DNA of 53,665 bases, counting the filler, from Catajapyx aquilonaris (lineage: Eukaryota): NCBI GenBank assembly GCA_000934665.2. It is 2 parts of 2 records of this genome, joined end to end, with 100 filler letters (N's around TTAATTAATTAA, not from the genome) between each part and the next. Parts side by side here need not be neighbours in the genome. Positions count along the whole stretch, not along the records: positions 26,882 to 53,665 come from JYFJ02005156.1; 1 more part is not named here. The stretch is one strand, 5' to 3'. Positions 40,183 through 52,060 of the stretch are shown one piece after another. Numbering within the stretch: the stretch's first letter is position 1; the number at the start of each line of letters is the position of its first letter. A model generated the notes under the pieces. It did not search any database. It saw only the letters and a list, made by a program, of their open reading frames with translations, and was not told where the DNA came from. A program made the position numbers and the translations under genes.

Positions 40183-41420
40183 CTGGAATAGCGATGGAAT
40201 CGACTAAATCAGAGAAAAGGGGGAGAGAGAGTGTATCATAATGACTAGGAGTGCAGGGTGGATACATGTGGAGTGGGTGAAGAACAAATAATAATTAGTT
40301 GCCATACAGTCTTGTTCTTGTCTTCCCAGATGGTAAGGTCAGAAAGACCCAAGTTTGTAATTAATCTCCCTCGGCCATTTAGCATCACCACTCAAACATA
40401 AGCAAATGCAGTGGCAATACCCATAAATGCTAGGCTCACTGTCAGTCTATGGACACTGAGCCAGGCATGGTGGCAAACACTTATAAGAATAAGAATGTTA
40501 CGGCTTCCGTAAGGTCTCATTGACCCTAATTTGATGAGCATGACAGCAGCAATAGACACAGAATAAATTCAAACGTGGACTCCCATCCAACTATTTCAAA
40601 TAAACAGGGGATACATTAGGGCAGTGCTTCCCCAACTTTTTTCGTTGCATACCACTTTTAAAACATGTCTAGACAGTTTGAACCCCCACTCCGTCGTGTA
40701 ACCTGATAATAGTAATAGTGGGCACTTACCAGTTAGTATCAGGGGTGTGCTGTCTTTTGGTTATTATTGGGGACAAGTGGCATCAAAATAAGCCTGGGGT
40801 CTTTCTCATCACAAGAGTATATGACCGTTTTTGTTTTCATGGAATGATGCCGAAAAACAAGCTTCACGTAAATACAGTAAAAAGTTGTTTGTAATACCCC
40901 GTGATAGGGCAGAGGCCCTCCGCAGGGGGGGGGGGGGGGGGGGGGGNTGTGTGGGGGTGTTCCCCAAGGGAGGGTGCTCTTAACCCAGATATGCCGAGAG
41001 TCCCCTATAGGGGACACAGTCTGCCCAGTTGTTACATTTTGATTTTTTAAGCAGGTTCTTCTGTTGCTAAAGAGCTGGCAGTAGTCAAGTGTGCTTCAGG
41101 AGAGTCCCAGCTAACGATACAAGTTCAAACCTGCTCAATATTGCTTCAGATTTTTACGATACAGGTGTTTGAATTTCAACGCAGGAAATAATGGCTGCAC
41201 CTCCACGTTCCGAAGACGATTAGTAATTAATTCTCGAATGTTGATTAGCATTATAAGTTATTTTTTGTTTGTAATACTTAGAAAACTTATGAATGATGAT
41301 GTCAATGGGGAAAATATAAGCATATTTTTTACTTTCCTTGTCTGAGAGTAGTGTTGTAATCTGGTGTCCCCTCTGGGGAACACAAGAGGCAAATGCACAC
41401 ACATTTGGACAAGTAAAGCA

Positions 41421-42199
41421 CGAGGGTTGTTCGGAAATGATCCGCACTCGATTTTTTTGGGCCACTACATGTATCTGCAGAGGCTGAATCACAGTTGGGC
41501 TGCCTCAATGTATTTGCCACTGAGGTCGATGCACCGCTGCCACCTTCCTGACAACTTCATGATCATCTCTCGGAACCAGTGTTTTGGTGCCCTCACCACC
41601 CAGTCATGGACAGCTCCTTGGAGCTCAGCTGCATTGGCAAATCTTCGTCCACGGAGGGGTTCCTTCATCACGTCGAAAAGTCTAGAGTCAGAAGGTGCCA
41701 GGTCCGGGGAATAGGGTGAGTGTGACGACAACACAGTGTAACCGAGCTCGAGCAGTGATTGTGTCGTTGCGCTGCTTGTGTGAGGCCGTGCATTGTCGTG
41801 CAGGAGCAACACCTTTCGCGCCCATTTCCCCTTGTGCCGTTGCTGAATCCTCCGACTGGCAGCAGGGTGCAGTAGGTGGCACTGTTCACTGTGGACCCCT
41901 GCTCCAGACAGTCCTCAGCATGTTGTCCAGCATGTCTGCAGCTGTCGCACCTTCTTTCCACAAGAACCAGGCTGTCCACCGTTGGACGTGATAGTCACCT
42001 TCCTCCATCTTGTCCATGCCAGTCTACACCCTCCCGCATTTCAAGTGGCACTGTCGTTGACCTGATGCGGTGACTATGACAAACTTTTTACAGAGTGTAG
42101 GGTACTAGTGGCTCCCCCTGTTGAGGCAAATGCCAACTTCGTGCAGTCACGTATGCCGCGACAATAAATCGAGTGCGGATCTTTTCCGAACGACCCTCG
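41421..42199 (-). mobile_element. Internally deleted mariner (DD34D, irritans-like TIR)
   Basis: TIRs CGAGGGT(T/C)GTTCGGAAA(T/A)GATCCGCACTCGATTT with CA and TA flanks. ORF LLHDNARPH...PYSPDLAPSD...RWQRCIDLSGKYIE. Confidence 0.93.
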
Positions 42200-42679
42200 T
42201 ATGTGCGTGGATTTTGTACGCTTTGTTCAACTGTATTGTAATGAATCCATATAATTAAAACGAGATTACATGGCAATTGGTTAACATGGCAACCATGGCA
42301 CCAATGCTTGAATGTTGTTAATTGTGACTAAATTACAACCCCTTCTTTGCACGGCCTGTTTCCATGGTAATACAATCGACAACAATCAATCACTGGTGAT
42401 ATTATTAAGCTATGGATATTATTACTGAATGTCACTGTTGCTATGGTAATGTAATCAACAACTGTTATAGCTATATTAGGTGACATTTTCATAGCATCCC
42501 ATAATTATAGGGAACTGCCATTTTCTCCCAAACAAGCATTCAGAAAAGTGTTTTATCTCGATTTTTGTGTTTTGGGAACTAATATGAACTAATAGACACA
42601 AAAAAAAGTTCAAAAATTCAACAAAAACTTTTCCCGGCATATCTGGGTTAAGTATAGTCATTTCTGATCCTCTTGAATA

Positions 42680-42830
42680 CCACACCTTTTCTCTTGGTGC
42701 TGGGCAGAGAGGGAGTGCAATTCTCCCCAGAAGTGTTGGGTGAAGAGCAGAAAAGACTCGACCAAGAGATGGGGACGGGGACGGGATTTGAACCCCAGAC
42801 CTCCCGCTAGGCTTGCCATTAGCATGCCCC
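42680..42830 (-). mobile_element. Possible degenerate tRNA-SINE head
   Basis: Minus strand GGGAGGTCTGGGGTTCAAATCCCG resembles a B box; the A box is poor. Confidence 0.35.
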
Positions 42831-43458
42831 CCAAAATGTACTTCAGGGCGCAGACTGCCAGGTCTGAATGTAGTCTTCTATAGTATTAAAATGCTCGCGG
42901 ACTATGGTTATGCCCTCTGATTGGTCTGCCCCCATATTGTTGTTACCGCCACGTTCCGATTGGCCCCCGCCCATTGTTATCTGGACGTATTGTTACCATG
43001 ACGCCTCCAATTGGCCCCCGTTCCGAGCATGCGCAATGGGTGGAAGAACGCCACAGTCGCTTGCTGAACGCCTGAACCAACAAGGACACAATCATCTCCT
43101 TTCCCATAAACACCCCTCCACCCTTCCGCCTTCCTCCACCCACTTTGTCATGGTGACCTCACAAGGGGAGAGGAGGGAGGAATGGAACGTCGTAAACAAA
43201 CCAAACATAGGGTATGGCCAAGATGTTGTTTATCAGTGGTGCCATCTCCACGTTTATAAACAAAGTAAAATAATTTCAGTTTTTTAAACTAGGTCCTTCC
43301 TGGCACCCCCGTGGGAAAAATTGGTAAGCAGCACTGGCCGCAATATTCAACACTGAACCCGGGGATAGGTCGAGAACGTCAAAAGAAAGTGTCGGTAAGA
43401 ATGAATCAGTTTTTGATTATCTAATACAAACACTGACGAGTTCCATTGATGTTTATAG

Positions 43459-43602
43459 TATCATCAGTCCAAAAAGAATTGTCCCTAACGTCGAGCGGGC
43501 AGCCACGCGTCAGGATGAAATGAACCAGTTAACTGGTTGCTTTCATCCTGACGCGTGGCTGCCCGCTCGACGCGAGGGACAATTCTTTTTGAACCGTTGA
43601 TA
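43459..43602. repeat. 144-bp near-perfect palindrome, MITE-like
   Basis: Arms CAAAAAGAATTGTCCC..CGTCGAGCGGGCAGCCACGCGTCAGGATGAAA centred on AACCAGTTAACTGGTT. Confidence 0.88.
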
Positions 43603-44087
43603 CAAGGGAGTTATGAGCAGTTAGAAAAACGTGGTCAGAAAGTGTGCATATCATTTAGATACATGTGCGAGTGCATGCGAGTAGAGACGGTAGAGGTTGT
43701 GAATTTCTGTTCATACAATAGTTGGGGTTATTATCAATTCAAAAGGTATTGGTATGTTGAGGTACGCAAACGCATATTTCCCAGCCAATGCAAAGGTGGG
43801 ATTGCAGATTGATCACAGGGTATGGAATCATGGATATGTGAATGCACGGAGGAACAGGTGGGGGTGGGGGGTATGCATATGATTCAGGCATCACTGGCTA
43901 TGTCTGAAGGGATTAAAAATATGGTGGGCACTGTAGGGGTTTTCTATGCCTGCGCCATAGAAAAATGCGAGTGTAGCAAGGGTTTTTCTAGTTAATTTTT
44001 AAAAGTCCAAAAGCTTTTTGCCCAGTTTCAAATGCCAAATTTCCATTCGCAGAAATTTCCGTGATCTTTTCCTAATCCTGCCTTGAC

Positions 44088-44294
44088 CAATGGCGGATCT
44101 ACTACCGGGGGGGGGGGGGGGGGGNNNNNNCCCCCAAGCTGAAGCAAGAAACAGAAAAATGCCCATGTCGCAATTGTATTTTACTTGCTTTTATCCGATG
44201 TGCTTACAAAAAATTTTCGCCTGCGGCGGGCTTCTTTGGTTGGGGGGGGGCGACAAATCACCCCCCCCAACAACGACGTCTAGATCCGCCACTG
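44088..44294. mobile_element. hAT-type MITE with perfect 8-bp TSD
   Basis: GCCTTGAC-CAATGGCGGATCTA...TAGATCCGCCACTG-GCCTTGAC. Confidence 0.9.
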
Positions 44295-44517
44295 GCCTTG
44301 ACATGTTCGGAAGTGGTAAAGAAATCTCAAACTTATTCCTGAACCAATTGATTGTCCACATGTCCATCTCGGGAAAATAATTTCTCAACTTTTGTGCCAA
44401 TAGATTCCTGTGCTATGTTGGCTTGGAAGCTGACCTCCACTGGGCTTCCACTGTCATTTGGAAATGGTTAGAAACCAAGGATCGTCGTGGGTTATCCTGA
44501 TCAGGTCTTGACTAAGG

Positions 44518-44765
44518 TCTGGGGACGGAAGTCTGTGGTTTTACTGTAGCTGTGGGGACCAGTTCCAATTGTGGGGACATTTGTCGGTCCCCACAGTCTC
44601 ACACACGCGAAGTGTACCATTACAGTGGGGACATGTGTAAATTAGTGGGGACATGTCCCCACTATTTTCATTTGTAGGGTTTCACAAAAGTCCATTTTTC
44701 TCAGCCTAGGTTACTTAGGGTAGGGTAGGTTAGGTAGGGTAGGTTAGGTTAGGTTAGGTTAGATC
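44518..44765. repeat. GTGGGGAC motif cluster followed by a (TTAGG/TAGG)n tract
   Basis: Several GGGGAC/GTCCCC motifs in both orientations, then GGTTAGGTTAGG repeats at about 44715-44762. Confidence 0.6.
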
Positions 44766-44830
44766 AGTTTACACTCGCAGTGAAAAGTGATCAATGTCCG
44801 TCCCCACGCCTTAGTCAAGACAAGAGTGTG

Positions 44831-44973
44831 TGGCTTGGATGCAACCCATTGCAGGTGTGTGTGTGTGTGTGTGTCAGTGCTTATTTACCCCGTCTCTTAT
44901 CTGCTTTGCTCGGCCTTTTCTCAGACACGGACACACACACTACACACCTGTGCAATGGGTTGCATCCAAGCCA
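44831..44973. repeat. Hairpin with (GT)n/(AC)n arms
   Basis: TGGCTTGGATGCAACCCATTGCAGGTGTGT... pairs with ...ACACACCTGTGCAATGGGTTGCATCCAAGCCA. Confidence 0.75.
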
Positions 44974-45481
44974 GGATAATTTGCGACGGTCCTTTTTTGG
45001 GCTATAGTACACAACATTCCCAAAAACTGTAATTTTGTGGTAATTCCTTCAATTTTGTTTTGCACATTAAATTTATTTGGGGTGATGACTTGACGCCTTG
45101 AGAAAATTTCAGGCCAGGTAGATCAGACTCTGCAGCCAGAGTTTATTTTCAAAACCCTCACAACGTTGTTGGCAATGGTACTGCTAAGTTCAATAGCAGT
45201 AACAGCAATGGGACGAAAATTTGACGCAATAAGGCTAATTCATATGTTAGGCTCAAACCCCGAAAACTGCCATTCGGCGGGAAAAAAGCCGTCCAGAACG
45301 CGGAGTGCTCCATATCAAGCCATCCATTCCGCAGAGTGGTCGTTTTCAAAATGGCCAGACCCCGAAATGCTCTTTTTAAAAAGGCCAGAACGCTTTCTGA
45401 ACTCAACAAAATGTCAGGAATACAAATTTCGCGTTGTGATGGCTGCATTAGAAAACGCCCATGACGTTGTTGCAGTTTCTT

Positions 45482-46072
45482 CAGTAAAACCTGTCAATGT
45501 TGGACACTGACGGTTTCTTTTAAAATGTCCAACAGATGGAGGTGTCCACCTTATTAGGATTTCAACGTAATGGGTTTCATAGTGCAGCACAGTAATGTAG
45601 AGTACAATTCAAAGTAAGTCCTGTACAGTATTCATCTAGTAATCAACTTCCATGCATGCTTATGTATTTATTTATTTTCGATACAGTCTACACACAATTC
45701 CTGGAACTGGCCTCCTTTTTGGTTTTAAAAAATCAGTAACAAGTGACTGTTTTAAATTTACCACCCTTTCATTAATTAGAGAAATTTCAATTGCCTCTCG
45801 GACAGCAATTTGGTCAATAGTCTTGCAGTGCCAAAATGACTCAAGGCATGCTTCACAAAATGTATTCAGACCTCAGCATGGTTCAATTCTAAGAATAAAA
45901 ATGCACATAGAGTAAATGTGAAAATTGTGCTGCATGTGTCCAACTTCCAAGATAGAGAGATGTCCAACTAAGCAACATTGCAAGGGATACGCTTTTTAAC
46001 GATTCCAAAAATAATGTCCAACGTAGAGAGGTGGCCAACTTATTAAGGTGTCCAACTTGACAGGTTTTACTG
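45482..46072. mobile_element. pogo/Tigger-like MITE
   Basis: CAGTAAAACCTGTCAATGTTGGACAC...GTGTCCAACTTGACAGGTTTTACTG-TA, with TGTCCAAC subterminal repeats. Confidence 0.8.
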
Positions 46073-46139
46073 TAGCATGTTAATCATTATTTTAGATCAA
46101 CAGGTCAATTAAAATGTTGACTTTCTTTAACGAGAAATA

Positions 46140-46467
46140 CAGTAGAACCCCGATTATCCGTCACCCACAGGACCGGGGCATGGTCGGAACACAAAAAATG
46201 TCGGATAATACCAAGGAGAAAAAGAAAACTTTAATGAAACACAACAAAAACAGAAAAACATGTAATAATGTACATTATTATGATTTGCTAAGAATAGTGA
46301 AGTTATCTATCTTTTACATACACACTCTACTGTCACGTATTTACAATTTAACTAAGGCAATACAAAACAAATGCTTAGTACATTACAGTATTTGATGAAA
46401 AAACAAATTTATTGCTGGAGCGAGAGGGTCGGATAAACCAAGGAGTCGGATAATCAGGGTTCTACTG
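46140..46467. mobile_element. pogo/Tigger-like MITE
   Basis: TA-CAGTAGAACCCCGATTATCCG...CGGATAATCAGGGTTCTACTG-TA. Confidence 0.85.
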
Positions 46468-46911
46468 TAATAGTTATTTGGGTATCATACCTATTTGTCA
46501 AGTTTAAAACTTCTATATACAATCAATACATTAGAAAAATTCCCAAAATTATGGTGATGTCACCATACTACAGCAGCACATAACAATTTGGTGATTTGTA
46601 TTGTTCCCGAAGGCAGCCTGCACCATGCCAGGTAAAACCAACCCATCTCAATCACTTACAAACACTGCAAAAAGGCACCAAAAAAACCTGTTCTGGAAGA
46701 GCATGGCCTATTTATTAATTTTGGAAGGAAGGAGGAAATCACAAAAATTTCCACACCTTTTACCAGATGGCCAGCTCCCCGGTAGTATTCTCATCCCATG
46801 GTAAACCCCATTTTATAGTGCGTGACACAGTACACACAGTAACATGATGTATGGTAAAACATCTCTAACGTACTCAAGGAAAAGCAGGTATAGTCATCAA
46901 CAATGACTTAC

Positions 46912-47035
46912 TCTGACTTTCCAGCTTGGAGTTTTGCCTCTTGAGATCATCAATGTCCTGCTGATGTGCTGAGTTCTTCCTCCGCATAAATTGTATGTAA
47001 TCTGCCGCTTTTTTGAGAATTTGCGCCCGGCTGGC
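46912..47035 (-). CDS. MAX: MAX exon (helix 2 and leucine zipper)
   Basis: [46 protein letters not shown] acceptor and A|GTAAGT donor. Confidence 0.96.
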
Positions 47036-47121
47036 CTGAAAAAAGGCAGAAAAAATGTGCTTTTAAAAACTATCCAAAGAGTGAAATCTGCAGTAAATGT
47101 AAGGCAATATCTTACACAAAC

Positions 47122-47229
47122 CTTCTCGCCCTGTAAAGCAGGTACAGAGTCTCGCAGGCTACTAAAGCTGTCTTTGATGTGATCCCGTCTCTTCCTCTCC
47201 AAGGCATTGTGGTGGGCTCGCTTTTCAGC
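47122..47229 (-). CDS. MAX: MAX exon (basic region and helix 1)
   Basis: [36 protein letters not shown], the canonical Max bHLH. Confidence 0.98.
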
Positions 47230-47471
47230 CTGCAAATTCTGAACAGTATTTCACATCACAACCGAGTCATAGTAAGTTAGTAAGTAATGTATTTATTCCA
47301 ATTGAGGAGCCATTTGGGTTCCATGTTTTTGGAAGGAGTCGCTTATACATGATTAACCTGACAATCTTAAAAAACAATGTTACAGAACCTTAAGAGTAAT
47401 ACAAAGTGTGCAAGAATTTATACAACAGGGTCATAAAAAGAGCTACACTGTCACTGGTTTAACATTTTTAC

Positions 47472-47546
47472 CTGCGTCACAAACTGTCCGCCGCCCTGCC
47501 GTGAACCTGATCCTCTGGGTTCACTGTCCAGGTAGTCATCAGCTTC
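47472..47546 (-). CDS. MAX: MAX small N-terminal exon
   Basis: TTTTAG acceptor and CAG|GTAAAA donor, 75 nt, phase 0/0. Encodes EADDYLDSEPRGSGSRQGGGQFVTQ. The start exon was not found in the window. Confidence 0.8.
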
Positions 47547-48471
47547 CTAAAAGGTACAAATTTTCAAAATATAGATAAATATGATACCTAAGTGCAAGTT
47601 AAAATATCTTACATCATATTTATAAATAATTAAAGTCATAAATGTCAAAAATTACATCATATGTGGATTTTAAACTTCCCTCCGCAGTATCATCAAGTCA
47701 ACCTGTTGTCCCAACCCCACATAAAAGTGGTCACCCCAGTATTCCTTCTCACCCCAGAACCCCACACAACACACATGCCGTGTCTCACACACAATACATA
47801 TTATATCTGTACCTCCCCTCATGGCTGACAAATACCAATAGCTCACTTTAAATTCTCATTATATCCTCCTAAGACTTGAGATAATTGACATTAACTTGAT
47901 TGATTTATGTGGTTACCGTGGTTATTCTGGAGCTAAGGAGGTGGGGGGAATCTGCAAACAGAACTGACCATGGGAACAGGTGTACACATGTCAAAATGCA
48001 GAGAACACTACCAACATGTTACAGTTACTTTGGTATCACAGGATGACGCAAAAAGTGGGAAAAAACTCCTGTCGACATATGTTGACATCAGGTCTCGGGA
48101 GGATAACTCGAAAGCATGCGAAAAATTAATCAATCATAATTGCCACACACACCAAAAGTGATGACAGGAACTTATTGACATGACAATTGATTTGAGATTG
48201 ATAATGAGAAAGCAACTGCAAATATCAGGCCCAATACCATGACTCAGGCTCAGCACTACTCCTGGAACCACATCCACCCAGCACATGTTGTGCATGATCA
48301 TACCAATTCATGTCATTCATGAAGACTGAAAGCAGACTTCATGTCATTCCTCCCCTTTCACTACCGCAGGACCAAGCCACTAGTTCATCTCTCCCACTTC
48401 TCGTGAAGCGTGAGTGTATGCAAAGGTATCTCTCACCATAAGTATGCAAGGGTGTTCCCCAAGCTATATGT

Positions 48472-48831
48472 CAGGGCTATTCAACTGGCGGACTGCGGTC
48501 CGGATCCGGACCGCGACGCAATTTTGTCTGGACCACGACGATATCAGGACAGTTTGAAATAGCATTAGAAATTACTAATTCATGATTTTTTGGAAAAAGT
48601 GCTACCAATTTCATTAAATACACAACCATTCAAGTCTCCCACATTCACATAAGCTCGTGTGACCTAGAACCCCCACAAAATTTGCACCTGCAGCGGGCAT
48701 GCTCTCCACCCTTTACGCCTTGTTCACCTTGTGCTTATGAAATGGGCCCCCGGGGGAAGAGGAGTCCAGGCCTTCGATGGCCCAGAAAAGGTAAATACTG
48801 GACCTTGTCATACACTAGTTGAATAGCCCTG
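48472..48831. mobile_element. hAT (Charlie-like) MITE
   Basis: Perfect 15-bp TIRs CAGGGCTATTCAACT / AGTTGAATAGCCCTG. Imperfect 8-bp TSD CTATATGT/TTATATCT. Confidence 0.8.
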
Positions 48832-50315
48832 TTATATCTAATAGTGATTCTAAACTTTTTATACTGCAACCACAGGAACAATATCTTCCCAGCCTGGTGA
48901 CCCATATAGTGCTTGTGTATGTCTATTTGAATATAACTTGTAAAATCTACACAGAAACTTCAGAGGATGGGTCAATGTTGAATGACATTACCTAACCCCC
49001 ATTCTGCCACCCCTATGATTTTCCTAATTTGAATAATAGAGTGAATAATCAGAGTGAAGGAAACACTGCTGCAGTAGCTTCAGTTACAAGGGGAAGAAGC
49101 GGGAAGAATACATTGCCTGCCGGGATTCATAAACCCCTGCAGCTTCCCTTTAATGAGCGACAGGTGACAGGAAGGCACATGTATGCAGGGAGAAGGCACT
49201 TGACTTTCGGGTCAGAGGGAACCAAGTTCAAAAGCATGCACAAGGGGAAGAACTTGCCAGAAAATAATCAATTCCTTCAGGTCAAGCAACTGATTGGACT
49301 GCAGGGGGTCCACTGTCACCCAAGGCGCTGAAGACGGTACCAGTACAGTACAGGCGATCGGGGTCGGTTGTAACAAGATACGATTGTATCTTCGCCAATA
49401 TTAGCTACTTTTGGAAAGCCCTGAAGCTGAAACACACACAGCATGTGTGCCAATGTGGCCTCTAAGTCAGGCAAAACTCTTAGGCAAGTCCTTTTTTGCT
49501 CTATGTTCGTCCGAAATCAAGGTATGTTCCCAACTTTTTTGAATGATAGTATTCAAGTGATTATGCGGAGGGTCGACTGATTTGACCTTGGTATCATGAG
49601 ATAGGCTCCTTTAGTGGGGTCACACTGCCAGTGTGTATGACCAAAACAAGTGCATAGTAAGGAAGTGGTAACGATATCTATAAGACAGCACACAATGGGG
49701 ACGGTTGTAACTTCCTTGGTGTCGATTGTAACATGTTAAAACTGACCCTCTTGCTTAATCATTGACAATTTTGTCACACTGGCTGCACCAGTATGTTTAA
49801 AGGAAAGGATACAAAAGACTAGACCTAACACCAAGTAATGCTAACCAGATGCCACGTACAAGCAACATGTTTCCAATCAAGGTTCTAAGCAGGAGGAGAT
49901 GGAGGCAGTTGCTAAATTGATTTAACAAGAAAACCACTCAGCACATTTTGCTGAAGTTAGTTATGAGTTGTACCATGTTACATGCCTTTTTTGGAAGAAC
50001 AGTAAACAAGAGAAACAAATTGGCATAATGGCTTTCCCACCTGTGGGCTATTCAGCTCACCATTGTGTTTTTGATGATGGTCAATAAGGATAACATCATG
50101 AAAGAAAGGTCAAGTCCGACAGCTGAATGTTACAACTACATATCTCACAGCATACTATACAGAGTAGAAATAGACATTACTTTATGCAAAAAAAAATCTT
50201 AACAATTTTGTTGGACAAAGTATATCTTAAAATCTTAAATCAAAAGTACATTCTTTTGTAATATTTCTTTGCTATAGGTAAACTCCAGTACATTGAGAGA
50301 TTTATAATCTAGGTA

Positions 50316-51225
50316 TATTTATTTTTTTATTATTTTTTATTTTCATACCCCGTGCTCAGGCGTACGCCTGTATTGGGGACACATACACACCCATTTTTTT
50401 TTGCAGTTTACTTTTGTAATTTCAGATTTGGCAAATTATCAGATGTTTAGAGGTTCCCGGATTACATTGAAAAGTTGATTCTTTTATTTACATTGTGAAA
50501 AAAAGCATACAAACAGAAAATTTGGTTTGTTAATCCTTCCAAAAGAAAATGAAAAAGTGTAGGGGGGTGCGAGGGGAGGTTGTACAAATTAATTTTTCTC
50601 GGCGTGTCGAAATATCTGCATTCGTATATTATGTGATGTGCTGTTAACGGTTCTTGCATATTACACCATTCACAGAAAACCTCGTCATACAGCTTTATGG
50701 AGTCTTTCTTTAGACGTAGATATTTTGACTTATTTCTTAAATTACTTATCATTCTAGTCTGTATTACTGGTAGACCGTAAGCTAGGTATCCTTCTTGTTC
50801 AAAACTATTTTTAATTTCTTTGTAGTATTTGTATCTACTAGTTTGTTGAAGTGTGTTCATAATGTTTGTCTTTTGGGTCGCGTTTATCTTTTCAGCAATA
50901 ATGGCCATGTCTGAAAAGATATCTGACCAGTTCACTCCGTTTTTTTGAATTAGGTTTTTGCAAGTGTATATCCAATTTTCTTTTAATAATGGCTTATCTG
51001 AATTAGTTTTCAAAGAGTAATTATAGGCTTCTTTCACTAGTCTCTGATCATCCAGGTTTATTATCTTTTCCATATTTCTGATTATTGATTTTATTAATAC
51101 AGCAGTTAGTGGCAAAATTCCTGTTTCCAAGTAGACAAAATAATTTGCTGCATTTCGTGGGTAATCTAGGTATATCAAGAACAATAATAATTGTCGAGAA
51201 TATGAGCAGGTATACACTGCTCTGC
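50316..51225 (-). mobile_element. 5'-truncated non-LTR retrotransposon (ORF2 C-terminus, 3' UTR, A-rich tail)
   Basis: Open 251-aa frame with VYLETGILPL, RLVKEAY and a CCHC knuckle CEWC-x8-H-x4-C. Followed by a stem-loop and an (AnT)n tail. Confidence 0.8.
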
Positions 51226-51374
51226 CATTACATGTTACATATTACATAGTTACACATTATAATATTACTTTACATATAAGATATTATATATACAGTATAA
51301 GGTATTACATATGATATATAAGGTATTGCATAATTACATATTAGATATTACATATTATATTACATGTAAGATAT

Positions 51375-52030
51375 GGGGAGGTGTGGTGGCCGAGATGGTA
51401 ACGTCTCGGCTTGCTGAGTGAAAGGTCCTAGGTTCGATCCCTGCCTGGGAGTTCCCTTTCACCTGCGTCGGGAGGGTCTCTGACCCGCACCTTGGAGGTG
51501 TCTGGCAACCTAACCTCCTGGGGGACTGCACATGGCCCAAACTTGAGACATTGCACCTGCATCCATGTCCCTCCCCAAAAATCCATATCCTTACTTAATG
51601 TCCTTGATTCCTTGCACCAGAGATTGAAAGAAAAAATTACATTAGGTTGTGTCGGGGACACAAGCCACAGCATTTTCGGGCTCAACCTACATTATGTTTC
51701 ACTTTTCTCGACTATAATGGCGGGGGCACGTAGGTGTGGATACGTCTTTAAAATCGGATCAGGGGGCATGCAGGCAAACTCGAGCGTTACAGAAATGCAT
51801 CGGTTATAGCAGACTCGGCTATAATAGACTCCGTTATAGCAGACTCCGTTATAATAGACTGTAACGCTTTTCTGTAACGCTCGAGTTTGCCTGCATGCCC
51901 CGTGATCCGATTTTAAAGACATATCCACGTCAAAAAGATATAGGCATATACTAGAAAACTCATGGTGGTGTGCCACCCCCCAAAAAGGCCCATGGAGGCC
52001 TCTATCACCGGGTAATATAAAAAAATAAAA
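51375..52030 (+). mobile_element. tRNA-derived SINE (second family) carrying a nested MITE
   Basis: A box TGGCCGAGATGG, B box GGTTCGATCCC, stem-loop tail and an A-rich end. Flanks ATTACAT(G/A)TAAGATAT resemble a TSD. Confidence 0.7.
51736..51928. mobile_element. Palindromic MITE with four internal 15-bp tandem units
   Basis: TIRs of about 60 bp (GTGGATACGTCTTTAAAATCGGATCA...CTCGAGCGTTACAGAAA) around a core of (G/C)GYTATARYAGACT(C/G) x4. Confidence 0.85.
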
Positions 52031-52060
52031 ATTACATATAAGATATTACATATTACACAA

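Noticed and set aside
40623..43336. Large hAT element bounded by CAGTGCT...AGCACTG
   Set aside because: The TIR match is short and there is no 8-bp TSD.
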